Shown here piece by piece: positions 22,584-33,675 of a stretch of DNA of 64,000 bases. The translations under genes and the position numbers were made by a program. Source of the DNA: Alphaproteobacteria bacterium (GTDB taxonomy: Bacteria > Pseudomonadota > Alphaproteobacteria > Bin95). How positions within the stretch are numbered: position 1 is the stretch's first letter; every line of letters begins with the position of its first letter. Below the pieces are notes generated by a model. That model was not told the origin of the DNA. It was given only the letters and a program-made list of their open reading frames with translations, and made no database searches. The stretch spans positions 2,376,653 to 2,440,652 of the forward strand of contig OZ244041.1 in NCBI GenBank assembly GCA_965215305.1, given 5' to 3'.

Positions 22584-22607
22584 CGGCTGCCGCAAGCAGT
22601 ACGCACC

Positions 22608-23732
22608 ATGACCGACAGGGCCTTGCTGCCGGCGGGACTGCGCGATGTCCTGCCCCCCGATGCCGCCTTTGAGGCGGCTGTGGAGGCGCGTCTGCTGGAG
22701 CTTTTCGCGCTGAATGGCTACGAGCGGGTGGACCCGCCGCTGGCCGAGTTCGAGACGAGCTTCCTTGCGGACGAGGGCGCGGCGATTGCGGGCGACACAT
22801 TCCGCATCATGGACCCGGTGTCGCAGCGCATGCTGGCGCTGCGCTCCGACATGACCATGCAGGTGGCCCGGATCGCGCGCACCCGTCTTGCCGGCGAGCC
22901 GCGCCCGCTCCGCCTTGCCTATGCAGGGCAGGTGCTGCGGGTCGGAGTTTCCCAGCTTCATGCCGACCGCCAGGTGGCCCAGGCGGGGGTCGAGCTTATC
23001 GGCGCAGAAGGTGTGTCAGCCGACGCTGAGGTTGCGCGGCTTGCCTTCGAAGCGCTGGAAGCGTTGGGCGCGCCGGGGATCAGCATTGACCTCGGCGTAC
23101 CGACGCTGGTGCGGGCGCTTCTCGCCGACGCTGGCCTCGAAGACGACGCCATGCTCGGCGATGCGCTCGGGCGCAAGGATGCGGCGGCGGTCGCCGGGCG
23201 GGGCGGGCCGCGCTTCACGGCGCTGATGGCGGCCACCGGGCCTTACGAGACGGCGGCGCCGGCGCTTGCCGCGCTCGACCTTCCGCCGGAGGCCGCAGAC
23301 TTGCGGGACCGTTTGCTGGAAGTGGCGGCGGCGGTGTCAGCGGCGGCCCCGGGCCTGCGGATCACCATAGATCCCGTGGAGCACCGGGGGTTCCAGTATT
23401 ATTCCGGAGCAGCCTTTAGCCTGTTCGCAAGCAGAGGGCGCGGCGAAGTGGGACGCGGCGGGCGTTACCGCGCCGAGGGCGAGACAGGCACGGGCGTAAC
23501 GCTCTATCTCGACGCCATCCACCGCCTGCTGACGCCGCCCGCGCCGCGTTCGCGCCTGTTCCTGCCTTATGGCGTGGATGGCGCGGCACGCCGGCGCTGG
23601 CAGGCCGACGGCTGGATTACGGTGCAGGCGCTCGCGCCGGCGGCCGATCCGGCGGCCGAAGCACGCCGCCTCGATTGCGGCTACCTGCTGGGACCGAGCG
23701 GTCTCGAAGCCCTGGACGGAGACCTGAAATGA
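22608..23732 (+). CDS. hisZ: ATP phosphoribosyltransferase regulatory subunit
   Basis: HisS-paralogue lacking anticodon domain: [36 protein letters not shown]. Confidence 0.85.
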   Translation: MTDRALLPAGLRDVLPPDAAFEAAVEARLLELFALNGYERVDPPLAEFETSFLADEGAAIAGDTFRIMDPVSQRMLALRSDMTMQVARIARTRLAGEPRPLRLAYAGQVLRVGVSQLHADRQVAQAGVELIGAEGVSADAEVARLAFEALEALGAPGISIDLGVPTLVRALLADAGLEDDAMLGDALGRKDAAAVAGRGGPRFTALMAATGPYETAAPALAALDLPPEAADLRDRLLEVAAAVSAAAPGLRITIDPVEHRGFQYYSGAAFSLFASRGRGEVGRGGRYRAEGETGTGVTLYLDAIHRLLTPPAPRSRLFLPYGVDGAARRRWQADGWITVQALAPAADPAAEARRLDCGYLLGPSGLEALDGDLK

Positions 23733-25018
23733 CCAATGTGGCCGTGATCGGCGCGCAGTGGGGCGACGAAGGCAAGGGGAAGGTCGTGGACTGGCTCGCC
23801 GAGCGGGCCGATGTCGTGGTGCGCTTCCAGGGCGGGCACAATGCCGGCCACACGCTGCAGGTTGCCGAGAAGACCTACAAGCTGTCGCTGCTGCCCTCCG
23901 GCGTGGTGCGGGGCACGCTGTCGATCATAGGCAATGGCGTGGTTGTGGACCCCTGGGCGTTGCTGGAGGAGATCGGGCGCCTGCGCGGGCAGGGCGTTCC
24001 GGTCGCCCCCGAAATGCTGCGGCTTGCGGAAAGCGCGACACTGATCCTGCCTTTCTACGGGCATGTGGACCGGCTCCGCGAGCAACGGCGGGGGAAGGGC
24101 GCAATAGGCACCACCGGACGGGGCATCGGCGTTGCCTATGAAGACAAGGCCGGACGGCGCGCGATCCGTGTTGCCGACTTGTATGACGGTACGTCGCTGC
24201 GGAACAAGGTTGGCCATCTGCTCGAGCATCACAACGCCTTGCTGCGCGGCTGGGGCGCGGAGGAAATCCCGCCGGACGAGCTTATTGCCGCGCTGGAGGA
24301 GGTGCGCGGTCCGCTGGCGCCCTATGTCGATTGTGTATGGGAGCGTCTGGACGGCCTCAGGCGGTCGGGGAAGCGGATACTTTTCGAAGGCGCGCAAGGC
24401 ATCCTTCTTGATGTGGACCACGGCACCTATCCGTTCGTGACCTCCTCGAACACGGTTGCGGCGGCGGCGGCCGTTGGCAGCGGCATGGGGCCGGGCGCGG
24501 TTGGTTATGTACTCGGCATCGCCAAGGCCTATACGACGCGTGTCGGCGGCGGTCCCTTCCCGACGGAATTACAGGACGAAGTGGGGAAGCGCCTGGCCGA
24601 GCGCGGCCGGGAGTTCGGCACCGTCACCGGCCGGCCGCGGCGCTGCGGCTGGTTCGATGCAGCCGCGATGCGCCAGGCCGTGCGGCTCTCGGGCATGGAC
24701 GGCATTGCGCTCACCAAGCTCGATGTCCTGGACGGGATCGAGACGCTGGAGGTCTGCACGGGATACCGCATTGGCGACCGCCTGCTGTCGCGCCTGCCGG
24801 CCAGCCAGGCCGACCAGGCTGCCGTTGAGCCGGTCTATGAGCGGCTGGAAGGCTGGTCAGAGAGCACGGCTGGCGCCACGAGCTGGGCCCGATTGCCGGC
24901 CGCAGCCGTCAAATATGTCCGGCGTATCGAGGAATTGATCGGTTGCCCGGTGGCGATGCTGTCCACGGGTCCGGACCGCGAAGACACGATAGCGATGTAC
25001 GACCCCTTCGCTGACTAG
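23729..25018 (+). CDS. purA: adenylosuccinate synthase
   Basis: [17 protein letters not shown]-loop, [24 protein letters not shown]; ATGA overlap with hisZ. Confidence 0.95.
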   Translation: MTNVAVIGAQWGDEGKGKVVDWLAERADVVVRFQGGHNAGHTLQVAEKTYKLSLLPSGVVRGTLSIIGNGVVVDPWALLEEIGRLRGQGVPVAPEMLRLAESATLILPFYGHVDRLREQRRGKGAIGTTGRGIGVAYEDKAGRRAIRVADLYDGTSLRNKVGHLLEHHNALLRGWGAEEIPPDELIAALEEVRGPLAPYVDCVWERLDGLRRSGKRILFEGAQGILLDVDHGTYPFVTSSNTVAAAAAVGSGMGPGAVGYVLGIAKAYTTRVGGGPFPTELQDEVGKRLAERGREFGTVTGRPRRCGWFDAAAMRQAVRLSGMDGIALTKLDVLDGIETLEVCTGYRIGDRLLSRLPASQADQAAVEPVYERLEGWSESTAGATSWARLPAAAVKYVRRIEELIGCPVAMLSTGPDREDTIAMYDPFAD

Positions 25019-25323
25019 GCAGCCACCTCGCGGGATTCGCGTCTGGCTTTCGCCTTCTCGATGCGCCGCTTGATGCGCCGAGCCTCGACCGTAAGCCTCG
25101 AGTCGGGACGGCCCAGCAGGAAGGCGTCGAGTCCGCCATTGTGCTCAACTGTGCGCAGGCCGTGGCCGGAGATACGCAAGCGCACCGGCTCGCCAAGAAT
25201 CTCGCTCAGCAGCGTCCTCGACTGAACGTTCGGCAGGAAGCGCCGGCGGGTCCTGTTGTTGGCGTGGCTGACATTGTTGCCGGTCATCACGCCCTTGCCG
25301 GTGATCGCGCAGCGCCGCGACAT
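25015..25323 (-). CDS. rpmB: 50S ribosomal protein L28
   Basis: [34 protein letters not shown]; stop codon overlaps purA stop convergently. Confidence 0.9.
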   Translation of the reverse strand: MSRRCAITGKGVMTGNNVSHANNRTRRRFLPNVQSRTLLSEILGEPVRLRISGHGLRTVEHNGGLDAFLLGRPDSRLTVEARRIKRRIEKAKARRESREVAA

Positions 25324-25409
25324 TGCCTTCACTCCTTGCCTGAATTCCGTCTCGCCCGGGACGCGGCTGTATAGGGACGCCGCCTGCGCCGGTCAAGCGC
25401 CCCTGTGTA

Positions 25410-26228
25410 TCAGCCGCCGAGCTCTCGCGAGCGGTTGGCGGCGGCGGCGACGGCGCGGCGCATCAGCACGGCCAGGCCGTCATCCGCCATCAGCACGTCC
25501 AGCGCGGCCGCCGTGGTCCCGCCCGGGCTGGTGACATTGCGCCTCAGCGCGTCCGCCGCCTCCGGCGAGCGGTTCAGCAGTTCGCCCGCGCCGGACACGG
25601 TGGCGCGAGCCAGGCGCATCGCCATGTCCGCCGGCAGCCCTTCACGCTGGCCGGCCGCGGCGAGCGCCTCGACCAAATGAAAGACATAGGCCGGACCACT
25701 GCCGGACACGGCCGTCACCGCGTCCATTGCTCCCTCGTCGCCCAGCCAGACAACCTCGCCGACGGCCTCGCAGATCGTCTGGCAGAGCGCCATCTGCGCC
25801 GGATCGACATGCCGGTTGGCGGTAAGGGCGGCAATGCCGCGGCCGACCGCCGCCGGCGTGTTCGGCATGGCCCGGACCACGGCGGCTCCCCGGCCCAGTA
25901 TGTCCTCGAAGAACGCAATCGGAGTCCCGGCGGCAATGGAAAGGAACACCGGCGCGCCGTGCCCCGTATAGCGCCTGTAGGCCGGCACCACCTCGCCCAT
26001 GACCTGGGGTTTGACCGCGAAGATCACGGCATCCGGCCGCACGCGGTCGGTGACGTTTTCCAGCGCCGCCGTGACGTGGACGCCGGGTTTGCCCCGGAAT
26101 TCGCGCGCCGCCGCCTCGTCCGGTTCGACGACCACGATCTGGTCGGCAAAACGCTGCTCCAGCCAGCCCGTCAGCAACGCGCCGCCCATCTTGCCGCAGC
26201 CGGCAAGGATCAGATCGGGAGTGCTCAT
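25410..26228 (-). CDS. proC: pyrroline-5-carboxylate reductase
   Basis: LILAGCGKMGGALL NAD motif, RAMPNTPA, SGSGPAYVF, VTSPGGTT; start MSTPD overlaps upstream stop (ATGA). Confidence 0.9.
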   Translation of the reverse strand: MSTPDLILAGCGKMGGALLTGWLEQRFADQIVVVEPDEAAAREFRGKPGVHVTAALENVTDRVRPDAVIFAVKPQVMGEVVPAYRRYTGHGAPVFLSIAAGTPIAFFEDILGRGAAVVRAMPNTPAAVGRGIAALTANRHVDPAQMALCQTICEAVGEVVWLGDEGAMDAVTAVSGSGPAYVFHLVEALAAAGQREGLPADMAMRLARATVSGAGELLNRSPEAADALRRNVTSPGGTTAAALDVLMADDGLAVLMRRAVAAAANRSRELGG

Positions 26229-26731
26229 GCCTCGCCCATCGGTTGGATCATGGCGGCGGCGACGGCCTTCGCCGGCGGCTTGCCGCCCCATAACGCATGT
26301 TGGAATGCGGGATAGAACTGGTCCAGCCCGTTTGTGGCGGTCGACAACACGTCCTCCAGCAACTCCCGGGAGGCCGAGACGCCACGCAAGGGAACGGCAT
26401 GACGGAAGCAGAGCGCCCCGGCGTCCCGGTCGAAGCAGAAATGCCCCATCTGCAGCATGCTGTTGGCGTAGGCCAGCATTTCCAGCAGCGCGCTCTTGCC
26501 CTCCAGGGGCACGGGTAGTCGGCAGGCCGCGGCAATCTGCATGACGGCGGGGCGCGGGTGCCAGGCGGCGCAGACCGATGTCTCTCCCCAGCTTCCCTGG
26601 AGTTCGGCCGCAATGGTCTGCGAATCGTCCCGGCTATAGGCCCAATCGCGCGCCCGGACGATGTCTTCGACCAGATCGACAGGATTCGCTGTCCCGGCGG
26701 ACGTCGTTTGTAACAACATGGATTCTCCCAT
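26225..26731 (-). CDS. YbjN-domain protein (putative sensory-transduction regulator fold)
   Basis: ~165-aa acidic protein, pattern NPVDLVEDIV...W.YSR......ELQG.WG....C..W, directly upstream of proC as in many alphaproteobacteria. Confidence 0.65.
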   Translation of the reverse strand: MGESMLLQTTSAGTANPVDLVEDIVRARDWAYSRDDSQTIAAELQGSWGETSVCAAWHPRPAVMQIAAACRLPVPLEGKSALLEMLAYANSMLQMGHFCFDRDAGALCFRHAVPLRGVSASRELLEDVLSTATNGLDQFYPAFQHALWGGKPPAKAVAAAMIQPMGEA

Positions 26732-26893
26732 ACATCACAAGATGTCGTATTGCCAACGACTCATAGCCCCTAGTTGTGGAAAAATTCGGTGTTTCGTGTC
26801 GATACGCCGACAAGTGCGGCAGCCGGCTTCGCGGCGTTGTCATGCCCGCCGGACGGTCTATATTCGACGAAAGCGGGAAGCAGGCGGACGTCG

Positions 26894-27547
26894 ATGAGCG
26901 ACTATGTCGTCCAAAGAACGAATATGGTGGATTGCCAATTGCGCGCCGGCCGGGTCACGAATGCGGCCCTGCTCGAGGCGATGGGCAGCATTGCGCGCGA
27001 GGCGTTCGCGCCCGTCGCGATGAAACCGATCGCCTATGCGGGTGAGAACCTTGTGTTCCAGGGGCGCGTTCTCGTGGAGCCGATGGTCTTCGCGCGGCTG
27101 GCGCAGGCCGCCGAGCCCGGCGATGAAGACTATGTGCTCGATATCGGCGTCGGGCTCGGCTATTCGAGCGCTGTTCTGGGCCGCGTCGCGAGCGCCGTCG
27201 TCGCCGTGGAGAGCGACGCGGACCTCGCGGAGGGCGCCCGCAGGGCCTTGGCGGCGGAAGGCAGCGACAATGTCCTTGTGGTCGAAGGACCGCTGGAGGC
27301 GGGCTGCCCCGAAGAGGCGCCGTTCAATATCATCATCGTCCAGGGCGCCGTGGCGGCCGTTCCGTCGGTGCTGCTGGACCAGTTGGCCGAAGGCGGGCGG
27401 CTGGCGGCGGTGCTACGACCCGGCAGCGGGCCCGGCCGGGCGACAATTTTTGCGAAGCGGGGCGGGGTGGTCTCCTCGCGCACCGTCTTCGACGCCGGCA
27501 TGCCTTACCTCGTCGGTTTCGAGCCCAGGCAGGAGTTCGTGTTTTGA
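26894..27547 (+). CDS. protein-L-isoaspartate O-methyltransferase family protein
   Basis: MVDCQLRAGRVTN..LLEAM..I.RE.F.P and SAM motif VLDIGVGLGYSSAVLG; start at MSDYV (26894). Confidence 0.8.
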   Translation: MSDYVVQRTNMVDCQLRAGRVTNAALLEAMGSIAREAFAPVAMKPIAYAGENLVFQGRVLVEPMVFARLAQAAEPGDEDYVLDIGVGLGYSSAVLGRVASAVVAVESDADLAEGARRALAAEGSDNVLVVEGPLEAGCPEEAPFNIIIVQGAVAAVPSVLLDQLAEGGRLAAVLRPGSGPGRATIFAKRGGVVSSRTVFDAGMPYLVGFEPRQEFVF

Positions 27548-28932
27548 ACGCTCGACGGTTCCGACTTGCATGCCTTCCGGCTGCGGTGCTGGCCATCGCC
27601 CTGCCTGCAGCCGCAGCTGCCGACACCCTGCTGGATGCGATGGCCAAGGCGTATGTCGCCAACCCGCTGCTCGAAGCCGCGCGTGCGCGGCTGCGCGAAA
27701 TCGATGAAGGCGTGCCGCAGGCGCTGTCCGGCTGGCGCCCGGTTGTCACGGCCTCGGGCAATGTCGGCTACGGGCAGTATCACAGCGAAGGGCGCAACAC
27801 GCCATTGGACGGCACTGAATCTCGCAATCCCTCGCGGGTGCAGGTCCAGGCGGTGCAGCCGCTTTATAGCGGGTCGACCGCTCCCAGGCTCGAGGCGGCC
27901 AAGCATCGCGTCTCGGCGCAGCGCGCGCGGCTCGCGGCCACCGAGCAGGCGGTGTTCCTCGATACCGGCATCGCCTTCATGGATGCGGTCCGCGACCAGG
28001 CTGTCGTCGACCTGACGGTCAACAATGTCACCGTGTTGCGCCGGCGGTTGCAGGCGGCCCGGGACCAGTTCGAGGTCGGCGAGGTCACGCGTACCGATGT
28101 ATCGCAGGCCGAGGCGCGGCTGGCGCGCGCCATCGCCGAGCAGGTTTCCGCCGAGGGCTCCCTGGAGGCGGCCCGCGCGCGCTACCAGCATGTCGTGGGC
28201 GAACTTCCGGGCAGGCTGGAGCAGCCTTCGCCGCTTGCCGGCCTGCCGCAGACGAAGGACGAGGCGATCGGGGCCGCGGCGGAAGACAACCCTAATGTTG
28301 CTGCGGCCACGTTCGACGAATTCGCGGTGCAGCAGGATGTCGAGGCGATCCAGGGTGAGCTGCTGCCGACGGTCAGTCTGGTTGGCACTGTGTCGCATGC
28401 GAACGACCAGGGACGCCGGGGCTTCAGGAACAATGATGCCGTCCTGTCGGCGACGATATCGGTGCCGCTCTATGAGGCCGGCAGGACCACCTCGCGCCGG
28501 CGCCAGGCCGTAGAACTGGCCTCGCGCGCCCGCGCCCTGATCGAGAGCCGTCGACGGGACGCTGTCGAGCAGGCGGTTGCAGCTTGGGAGAGTCTTGAAT
28601 CGGCGCGCGCCAGGCTGGAGTCGCTTACTACAGAGGTCCGTGCTTCAGAAATCGCGTTGGATGGCCTGCAGCAGGAGGCCGAGGTCGGCACCCGTACGCT
28701 GCTCGATGTGCTGGACGCGGAGCAGGACCTTCTGGATGCCCGCGTCAACGTGGTGCGCACGAAACGCTCGGAAGCCGTGGCCAGCTACCAGTTGGCTGCT
28801 GCGACGGGCCGGCTCACTGTGGAGGCGCAGCAGGTGCCTGTAACACCCTATGATGTCCGCATCCATTACGACCGCGTCCGCGCTCTCCGGTGGGACTTGG
28901 GCGCGATATTCGGCGCGGACGAAAAGAAATGA
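27544..28932 (+). CDS. tolC: TolC-family outer membrane efflux protein
   Basis: TTG start; signal peptide ...AIALPAAAAADTL; duplicated OEP repeats (AYVANPLLEAARARL.., FEVGEVTRTDVSQAEA.., EAEVGTRTLLDVLDAEQDLL). Confidence 0.85.
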   Translation: MNARRFRLACLPAAVLAIALPAAAAADTLLDAMAKAYVANPLLEAARARLREIDEGVPQALSGWRPVVTASGNVGYGQYHSEGRNTPLDGTESRNPSRVQVQAVQPLYSGSTAPRLEAAKHRVSAQRARLAATEQAVFLDTGIAFMDAVRDQAVVDLTVNNVTVLRRRLQAARDQFEVGEVTRTDVSQAEARLARAIAEQVSAEGSLEAARARYQHVVGELPGRLEQPSPLAGLPQTKDEAIGAAAEDNPNVAAATFDEFAVQQDVEAIQGELLPTVSLVGTVSHANDQGRRGFRNNDAVLSATISVPLYEAGRTTSRRRQAVELASRARALIESRRRDAVEQAVAAWESLESARARLESLTTEVRASEIALDGLQQEAEVGTRTLLDVLDAEQDLLDARVNVVRTKRSEAVASYQLAAATGRLTVEAQQVPVTPYDVRIHYDRVRALRWDLGAIFGADEKK

Positions 28933-29372
28933 GGGAACCCGCTCGCGACGCCGGACGCGGCGAGGACGAACGGACCATGGAGGAAATCATGGCGTCCATC
29001 GGCAAGGCCGTTTCCGACGAAACGCAAAATCCAGGCGCCGCGCGGCACGGTGCGGAGGAGGACGACATTTTGGAACTCGTGGACGAGGAGTCGCCGGAAG
29101 GCGGCGCAGGTGCCGGGGAAGACCAGCTGGTCTCGACGTCTGCGGCGGCCGCTTCGGCCCAGGCATTCGCCGGTCTGGCGCAGGCCGTTGAACGGGGCGA
29201 GGCCGACGCAAGGCGATTGCCGGTGCGTGAGGGCGGGGAGACGATAGAAGAAATGGTTCGCGGCATGCTGAAGCCGATGCTCCACGAATGGCTCGACGCG
29301 AATTTGCCGGACATTGTAGAGCGTCTGGTCGAAGAGGAGATTCGGCGGCTGTCCCGGGCCGGCAGGAGCTGA
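28929..29372 (+). CDS. popZ: DUF2497 / PopZ-like pole-organising protein
   Basis: N-terminal [16 protein letters not shown] and C-terminal [31 protein letters not shown] match the conserved PopZ ends as recalled; acidic low-complexity middle; start uncertain (28929 or 28977). Confidence 0.65.
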   Translation: MREPARDAGRGEDERTMEEIMASIGKAVSDETQNPGAARHGAEEDDILELVDEESPEGGAGAGEDQLVSTSAAAASAQAFAGLAQAVERGEADARRLPVREGGETIEEMVRGMLKPMLHEWLDANLPDIVERLVEEEIRRLSRAGRS

Positions 29373-29407
29373 CGGCCCTTCCCCCACCCGACAGGGTTCA
29401 GATTTCC

Positions 29408-32029
29408 ATGCTGGAGAAGACCTACCGTTCCGCCGCGGTGGAAGCGCCGCGTTATGACGCCTGGGAGCGCGCAGGCGCCTTCGCCGCGGGCGCGAGGATG
29501 GACGCCCGGCCCTATACGATCATGATGCCGCCGCCGAATGTCACCGGCAGCCTGCATATGGGCCACGGCCTCACTTTCACGCTCCAGGACATCCTGATCC
29601 GCTATCACCGCATGCGGGGCCGGGACGCGCTCTGGCAGCCCGGCACCGACCATGCGGGAATCGCGACCCAGATGGTGGTGGAGCGCCAACTCGACGAGGA
29701 AGGGCTCAGGCGGACCGATCTCGGACGGGATAAGTTCGTGGACCGGGTCTGGGAGTGGAAGGCCGAGTCGGGTGGACAGATCACCCGCCAGCTGCGCTCG
29801 CTCGGCGCTTCGGCCGACTGGGCGCGCGAGCGGTTCACCATGGATGAAGGCCTGTCGAAAGCGGTCACCAGGGTATTCGTGCAGCTCTATCGCGAAGGCC
29901 TGATCTACAAGGACCAGCGGCTGGTGAATTGGGACCCGGCGCTGGAGACTGCGATTTCCGACCTGGAGGTGCAGCAGACCGAGACCGACGGCCATCTCTG
30001 GTATATCCGCTATCCCGTCGAGGGCCGGGAGGGCGAGAGCCTGACTGTCGCCACGACGCGGCCCGAGACGATGCTCGGCGACACGGGCGTGGCGGTCCAT
30101 CCGGAGGACCCGCGTTACAGGCACTTGATCGGCGGCCATTGCATCCTGCCGCTTGTGGGCCGCCGGATTCCCATTGTCGCGGACACCCATGCTGACCCGG
30201 AACAGGGCTCCGGTGCGGTCAAGATTACGCCGGCGCATGACTTCAACGATTTCGAGGTCGGGCGGCGTCACGGGCTGGAGATGGTCAATATCCTTGACCG
30301 CAGGGCGCATCTAAACGACGCCGTGCCGGAGGCCTATCGCGGTCTGGAACGTTTCGCTGCGCGTGAACGGGTGGTCGCCGATCTGGAAGCGGCGGGGGTG
30401 CTGGAGCGTGTTGAGCGCCATCGGCATACGGTCCCCTTCGGCGATCGGGGCGGCGTGCCCATCGAGCCCTATTTGACGGAACAGTGGTATGCCGACGCCG
30501 CGACGCTCGCAAAGCCGGCGATCAAGGCGGTCGAGAGCGGGCGCACGCGCTTCGTGCCGGAGAACTGGGCCAAGACCTATTTCGAGTGGATGCGCAACAT
30601 CCAGCCCTGGTGCATCTCGCGCCAGCTCTGGTGGGGGCACCGGATTCCCGCCTGGTACGGCCCGGAAGGGTCCGTCTTCGTCGCCGAAACCGAGGCCGGG
30701 GCCAGGGCGGAGGCGGAGGCGCGTTTCGGGCCGGGTGTGGCGCTGCGGCGCGACCCCGATGTGCTCGATACCTGGTTCTCGTCGGCGCTCTGGCCGTTCT
30801 CGACTCTCGGCTGGCCGGAGCGCACGCCGGAGCTTGACCGCTACTATCCGGGCGATGTGCTGGTGACAGGCTTCGACATCATCTTCTTCTGGGTCGCCCG
30901 GATGATGATGATGGGCTTGCATTTGATGGGCGATGCGCCCTTCCGCACCGTTTATATCCATGCGCTGGTACGCGATCAGCACGGCGCCAAGATGTCCAAG
31001 TCCAAGGGCAATATCATCGATCCCCTGGACATGTGCGCGAGCTATGGGGCCGATGCGCTCCGGTTCACGCTGGCGGCGCTCGCCGCCCCGGGCCGCGACA
31101 TCAAGCTGTCCGAAAGCCGGGTTGCGGGCTACCGCAATTTCACCACCAAGCTCTGGAACGCGGCGCGGTTCTGCGAAATGAACGGCTGCGCCGTCCGGCC
31201 TGGTTTTGACCCCACCGGCGCCCGGGAGGTGCTGAACCGCTGGATTATCGCCCGGACCGTCGAGACGCGCCGCCAGGTGGAGGCGGCGATGGACGTATAC
31301 CGCTTCAACGAGGTGGCGGACGTTCTTTACCGCTTTGTCTGGGGCGAGTTCTGTGACTGGTTCATCGAGTTCGCCAAGCCGGTCTTCGCGGAGGGTGGCG
31401 AGGCCGCGGAAGAGACCCGCGCCGCCGCCGCCTGGGTGCTGGACCGCATATTGCGCATGCTGCATCCGCTGATGCCCTTCGTCACCGAGGAGCTGAACGA
31501 TGCGCTCGGGCTGGTGGAAGACGGGCTGATCGGGGCGGCCTGGCCCGAGGACGAAGCGGGCGAGGCGCCGGCCGAGATCGACTGGACCATCCAGTTGATC
31601 TCGGAGGTCCGCCGCGTGCGGTCCGATCTCAATGTCCCGGCGGGCGTGAAAATCGAGGCCGCGCTTGTCGGTGCCGACCGGGAAACCGCGGCCCGCGCCC
31701 GCCGCAACGCGCCACAGATCCTCAGGCTGGCGCGGTTGGAGCGTCTGGCCGAGGGCGCCGCGCCGGAGGGTTCGGTCGAAGTGGCGCTGCCCGGCGCATC
31801 GGTCGCGCTCAAGCTGGCCGACGTGATCGATTTTGACCAGGAGCGCGAGAGGCTGGACCGCGAAGTCGCGAAGATCGATGCGCGGATTTCCGGTATTGAC
31901 GGCAAGCTCGGCAATGAGCGGTTCCTCTCCCGCGCCCCGGCCGAGGTAGTTGAGGATCAACGAGAGCAGCGCAGCGAACTCGCCGGCCGGCGCGCGGCGC
32001 TGGAAGGGGCGCTCGCCCGGCTCCGATAG
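29408..32029 (+). CDS. valS: valine--tRNA ligase
   Basis: [13 protein letters not shown] (HIGH), KMSKSKGN (KMSKS), C-terminal coiled coil; start at MLEKTY (29408). Confidence 0.95.
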   Translation: MLEKTYRSAAVEAPRYDAWERAGAFAAGARMDARPYTIMMPPPNVTGSLHMGHGLTFTLQDILIRYHRMRGRDALWQPGTDHAGIATQMVVERQLDEEGLRRTDLGRDKFVDRVWEWKAESGGQITRQLRSLGASADWARERFTMDEGLSKAVTRVFVQLYREGLIYKDQRLVNWDPALETAISDLEVQQTETDGHLWYIRYPVEGREGESLTVATTRPETMLGDTGVAVHPEDPRYRHLIGGHCILPLVGRRIPIVADTHADPEQGSGAVKITPAHDFNDFEVGRRHGLEMVNILDRRAHLNDAVPEAYRGLERFAARERVVADLEAAGVLERVERHRHTVPFGDRGGVPIEPYLTEQWYADAATLAKPAIKAVESGRTRFVPENWAKTYFEWMRNIQPWCISRQLWWGHRIPAWYGPEGSVFVAETEAGARAEAEARFGPGVALRRDPDVLDTWFSSALWPFSTLGWPERTPELDRYYPGDVLVTGFDIIFFWVARMMMMGLHLMGDAPFRTVYIHALVRDQHGAKMSKSKGNIIDPLDMCASYGADALRFTLAALAAPGRDIKLSESRVAGYRNFTTKLWNAARFCEMNGCAVRPGFDPTGAREVLNRWIIARTVETRRQVEAAMDVYRFNEVADVLYRFVWGEFCDWFIEFAKPVFAEGGEAAEETRAAAAWVLDRILRMLHPLMPFVTEELNDALGLVEDGLIGAAWPEDEAGEAPAEIDWTIQLISEVRRVRSDLNVPAGVKIEAALVGADRETAARARRNAPQILRLARLERLAEGAAPEGSVEVALPGASVALKLADVIDFDQERERLDREVAKIDARISGIDGKLGNERFLSRAPAEVVEDQREQRSELAGRRAALEGALARLR

Positions 32030-32102
32030 GGCAGGGCGGATTCGGGTCGAACTCGACTCCGCCGCAAAGCCCCCTTCGGCGCCCCCGCGAAGGGATAGGC
32101 AC

Positions 32103-32426
32103 GGCTCTCCGCTCCGCTCCGTCCGGGGTGACAGGAGGTGCGCCCGAAGCCCCGATAGCCGCCCCGGCCCCCAGATTGTCACCCCGGACGGAGCGAAGCG
32201 GAGAGCCGGGGTCCAGGCGGGTGCGGTCCTTGCCGGGCGGCACTGGCATTTCTGGGTCCCGGATCAAGTCCGGGACGACAAGTGGGGAGGCCGGGACGGG
32301 AGTTGGAGGAGCACGGGCGGCCCCTCCCGCTACCCCGGACGGCGCGGCCCTTCCTGTCGCCCCGGACGAAGCGCAGCCTCTCCTGTCACCCCGGACGGCG
32401 CGTCAGCGCCGAGCCGGGGTCCAGGG
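32103..32426. repeat. array of >=6 REP-like hairpin units (GTCACCCCGGACGG...CCGGGGTCCAGG family), both orientations
   Basis: 32103-32132 is the near-exact reverse complement of 32178-32207; further copies at ~32252-32279, 32329-32354, 32355-32383, 32384-32426; each can fold (ACCCCGG / CCGGGGT). Confidence 0.7.
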
Positions 32427-32609
32427 AGCCGCGAGGGCGCCATCATGTCTTCCGGGTATTTTTTCTTATCAAAGCTTGACACCTGTAACCGCACCTACGA
32501 TGCTAAGTCCTTGACAGGGCGCTTGTTTTTCCTCGTGTGATCGCAGGTTCGGGGCAGAAATGCAATCCCGTTTTCTCCCCGCCTGCAATAGAACGCAGGA
32601 GGAGATCCC

Positions 32610-33447
32610 ATGTCCCGTGTCCGCCTCTCCGAGAGCCGCATCAAGGCCCTGAAGCCCCGCAAGACACCCTGTGATGTTCGCGACAGCGAGCTGAAAGGCT
32701 TCGGCGTCCGCGTCCTGCCCTCGGGGGCCAAACGCTATTTCGTCCACAGCCAGCACGAGGGCCGACGCCGCTGGAAAACGGTCGGCGACGCCGGCGGCAT
32801 GGACCTCAACGAGGCCCGCCGGCGCGCCAGGGACCTGCTTGCCGCCATCCGGCGCGACGAGACGCCCGCCCTTCCCGAAGACAGATACTTCGAAGCCGTC
32901 GCCGAGGAGGTCTTCGAACGCTACGGGCGCAACTGGAAGCCCGGAACACTCAAGGTCAACCGGAACTATCTCCGCAACACCATCCTTCCTCGCTTCCGGG
33001 GACGGAATATTGCCGACATCACGAGGCAGGACGTGCAGCACTGGTTCGCGTCGCTGCGCGCGACGCCCGTGGCGGCCGACCGATCCACGCCGATCCTCTC
33101 CGTCATCATGCGCCAGGCAGAGATTTACGGCTATCGTCCGGAAGGCAGCAATCCCTGCACCGGCATCCGCCGCTATCGAGGACGTCCGCCTGCATGATCT
33201 CCGTCATACGGTAGCCAGCCAGGCCGTGCTGAACGGCGTGTCCTTGCCCGTCACCGCCCGAATGCTCGGGCACAGCGACGTCCACATGACCATGCGCTAC
33301 GCGCATGTCGGGGACCGCGAGGTCGAGGCCGCGGCGGAACGGGTCGGACAGGCCATCCATACCGCGATGGGAGGCACGACCATTGCCGCGCCGGAGCCGG
33401 AAGGGCCGGAAACCACCGCGCGGAAGGGCACCGCGGCCGCTGACTGA
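32610..33447 (+). pseudogene. P4-type tyrosine integrase with internal deletion and frame change
   Basis: N-terminal arm-binding domain (RLSESRIKALKPRKTPCDVRDSELKGFGVRVLPSGAKRYFV) runs to a stop at 33195-33197. The C-terminal catalytic end (RLHDLRHT...GHSDVHMTMRYAH) resumes at ~33185 in another frame. ~130-150 aa of core are missing. Confidence 0.8.
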
Positions 33448-33675
33448 CCGGACACAGGACCTGCCTGTAATCCGCATGCCCCACCCGGTCAGCGAACTCG
33501 CAAGGCGCACAGCAGCCGCTCCTCACCTGCGGATCCGGCATAGGCTGAACTCGGCACCCGCCTTAAAGCGATACATCGCTTCTCAAGGCAATTTGCGGTC
33601 CATGGTCGAGCTTCCTGGCATCAGCGCGAGTACGAACAGGATGCGGGTTTCAATGGACCGCACGCCGCGCTTTCC

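Noticed and set aside
22555-22590. tRNA-like T-arm sequence GGTTTGAATCCC
   Set aside because: The flanking bases cannot form a T stem or an acceptor stem, and no cloverleaf can be drawn. It is part of the inverted-repeat terminus of the 217-bp element.
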